From: Lama guanicoe
Taxonomy: Eukaryota
DNA: 64,000 nucleotides
Reading direction: 5' to 3'
NCBI GenBank assembly: GCA_013239625.1
Contig: MU056050.1
Span: forward strand, 1,102,084 to 1,166,083
The translations under genes were made by a program, and so were the position numbers. A model generated the notes under the pieces. The model did no database searches. It saw nothing but the letters and a program-made list of their open reading frames with translations, and was not told where the DNA came from. Of the stretch, positions 63,458-64,000 are shown in pieces (position 1 is the first letter of the stretch; every line of letters starts with the position of its first letter).

Positions 63458-64000
63458 TAAAAGGTAGAAGGCTCAAATAAAAAAAATCAGAAATGAAAAA
63501 GGAGAAGTCACAGTTGACACCACAGAAATACAAAAGATCATTAAGGGACTACTATGAAAAACTGTACACCAATAAAATGGACAATCTAGAAGAAATGTAC
63601 AAATTCTTAGAAAGGTACAGTCTCCCAAGACAGAACCAGGAAGAAATGGAAAATATGAATAGACCAAGTACTAGTACTTAAATTGAATCAGTAATTTTAA
63701 AACTCCCCCAAAGTAAAAGCTAAGGATCAAATGGCTTCAAAGGTGAATTCTACCAAACATTTAGAGAGAGTTAACACCTATCCTTCTGAAACTATTCCAG
63801 AAAATTGCAGAGGAAGGAAGACTTCCAAACTCATTCTATGAGGCTACCATAACCCTAATACTAAAACCAGACAAAGATGTCTTAAAAAAAATTACATTCC
63901 AATATCACTGATGAACATACATGCAAAAAGTCTCATCAAAATACTAGCAAAATCAAATCCAGTAACACATTAAAAGGATTATATACCACTATCAAATGTC
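63458..64000 (+). mobile_element. L1 ORF2 segment (upstream of RT) in the opposite orientation; probable inverted 5' part of the adjacent L1
   Basis: [35 protein letters not shown]; ggtgaattctaccaaacatt; runs off the window end. Confidence 0.9.

Overview
Mammalian genomic DNA, AT-rich and CpG-poor. It is most likely from a camelid, based on two tRNA-derived SINEs resembling the camelid Vic-1 family. Much of the window is interspersed repeat: L1, L2, MIR, MaLR/ERV LTRs, Tigger1, a Tigger2-type MITE and MER5. No intact protein-coding gene, RNA gene or CRISPR array is visible, and most ORF-track entries are repeat fragments or noise. The main unexplained signal is a set of about 15-20 non-repeat, exon-like islands on the minus strand from about 59.2 kb down to 3.9 kb. 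Many keep AG/GT splice sites, and several join in phase into a protein-like frame with repeated EF-hand-like modules, but they carry stops, frameshifts and broken splice sites. I read this as the fossil (probable unitary pseudogene) of a large multi-exon gene that I cannot name. Other notable features are an ORF2-less, possibly spliced L1 (1-1550), a twin-primed L1 5' inversion (about 63.46 kb), and a minus-strand bias of L1s hinting at an intron of a plus-strand host gene. Repeat family names and boundaries were assigned by eye and are approximate.
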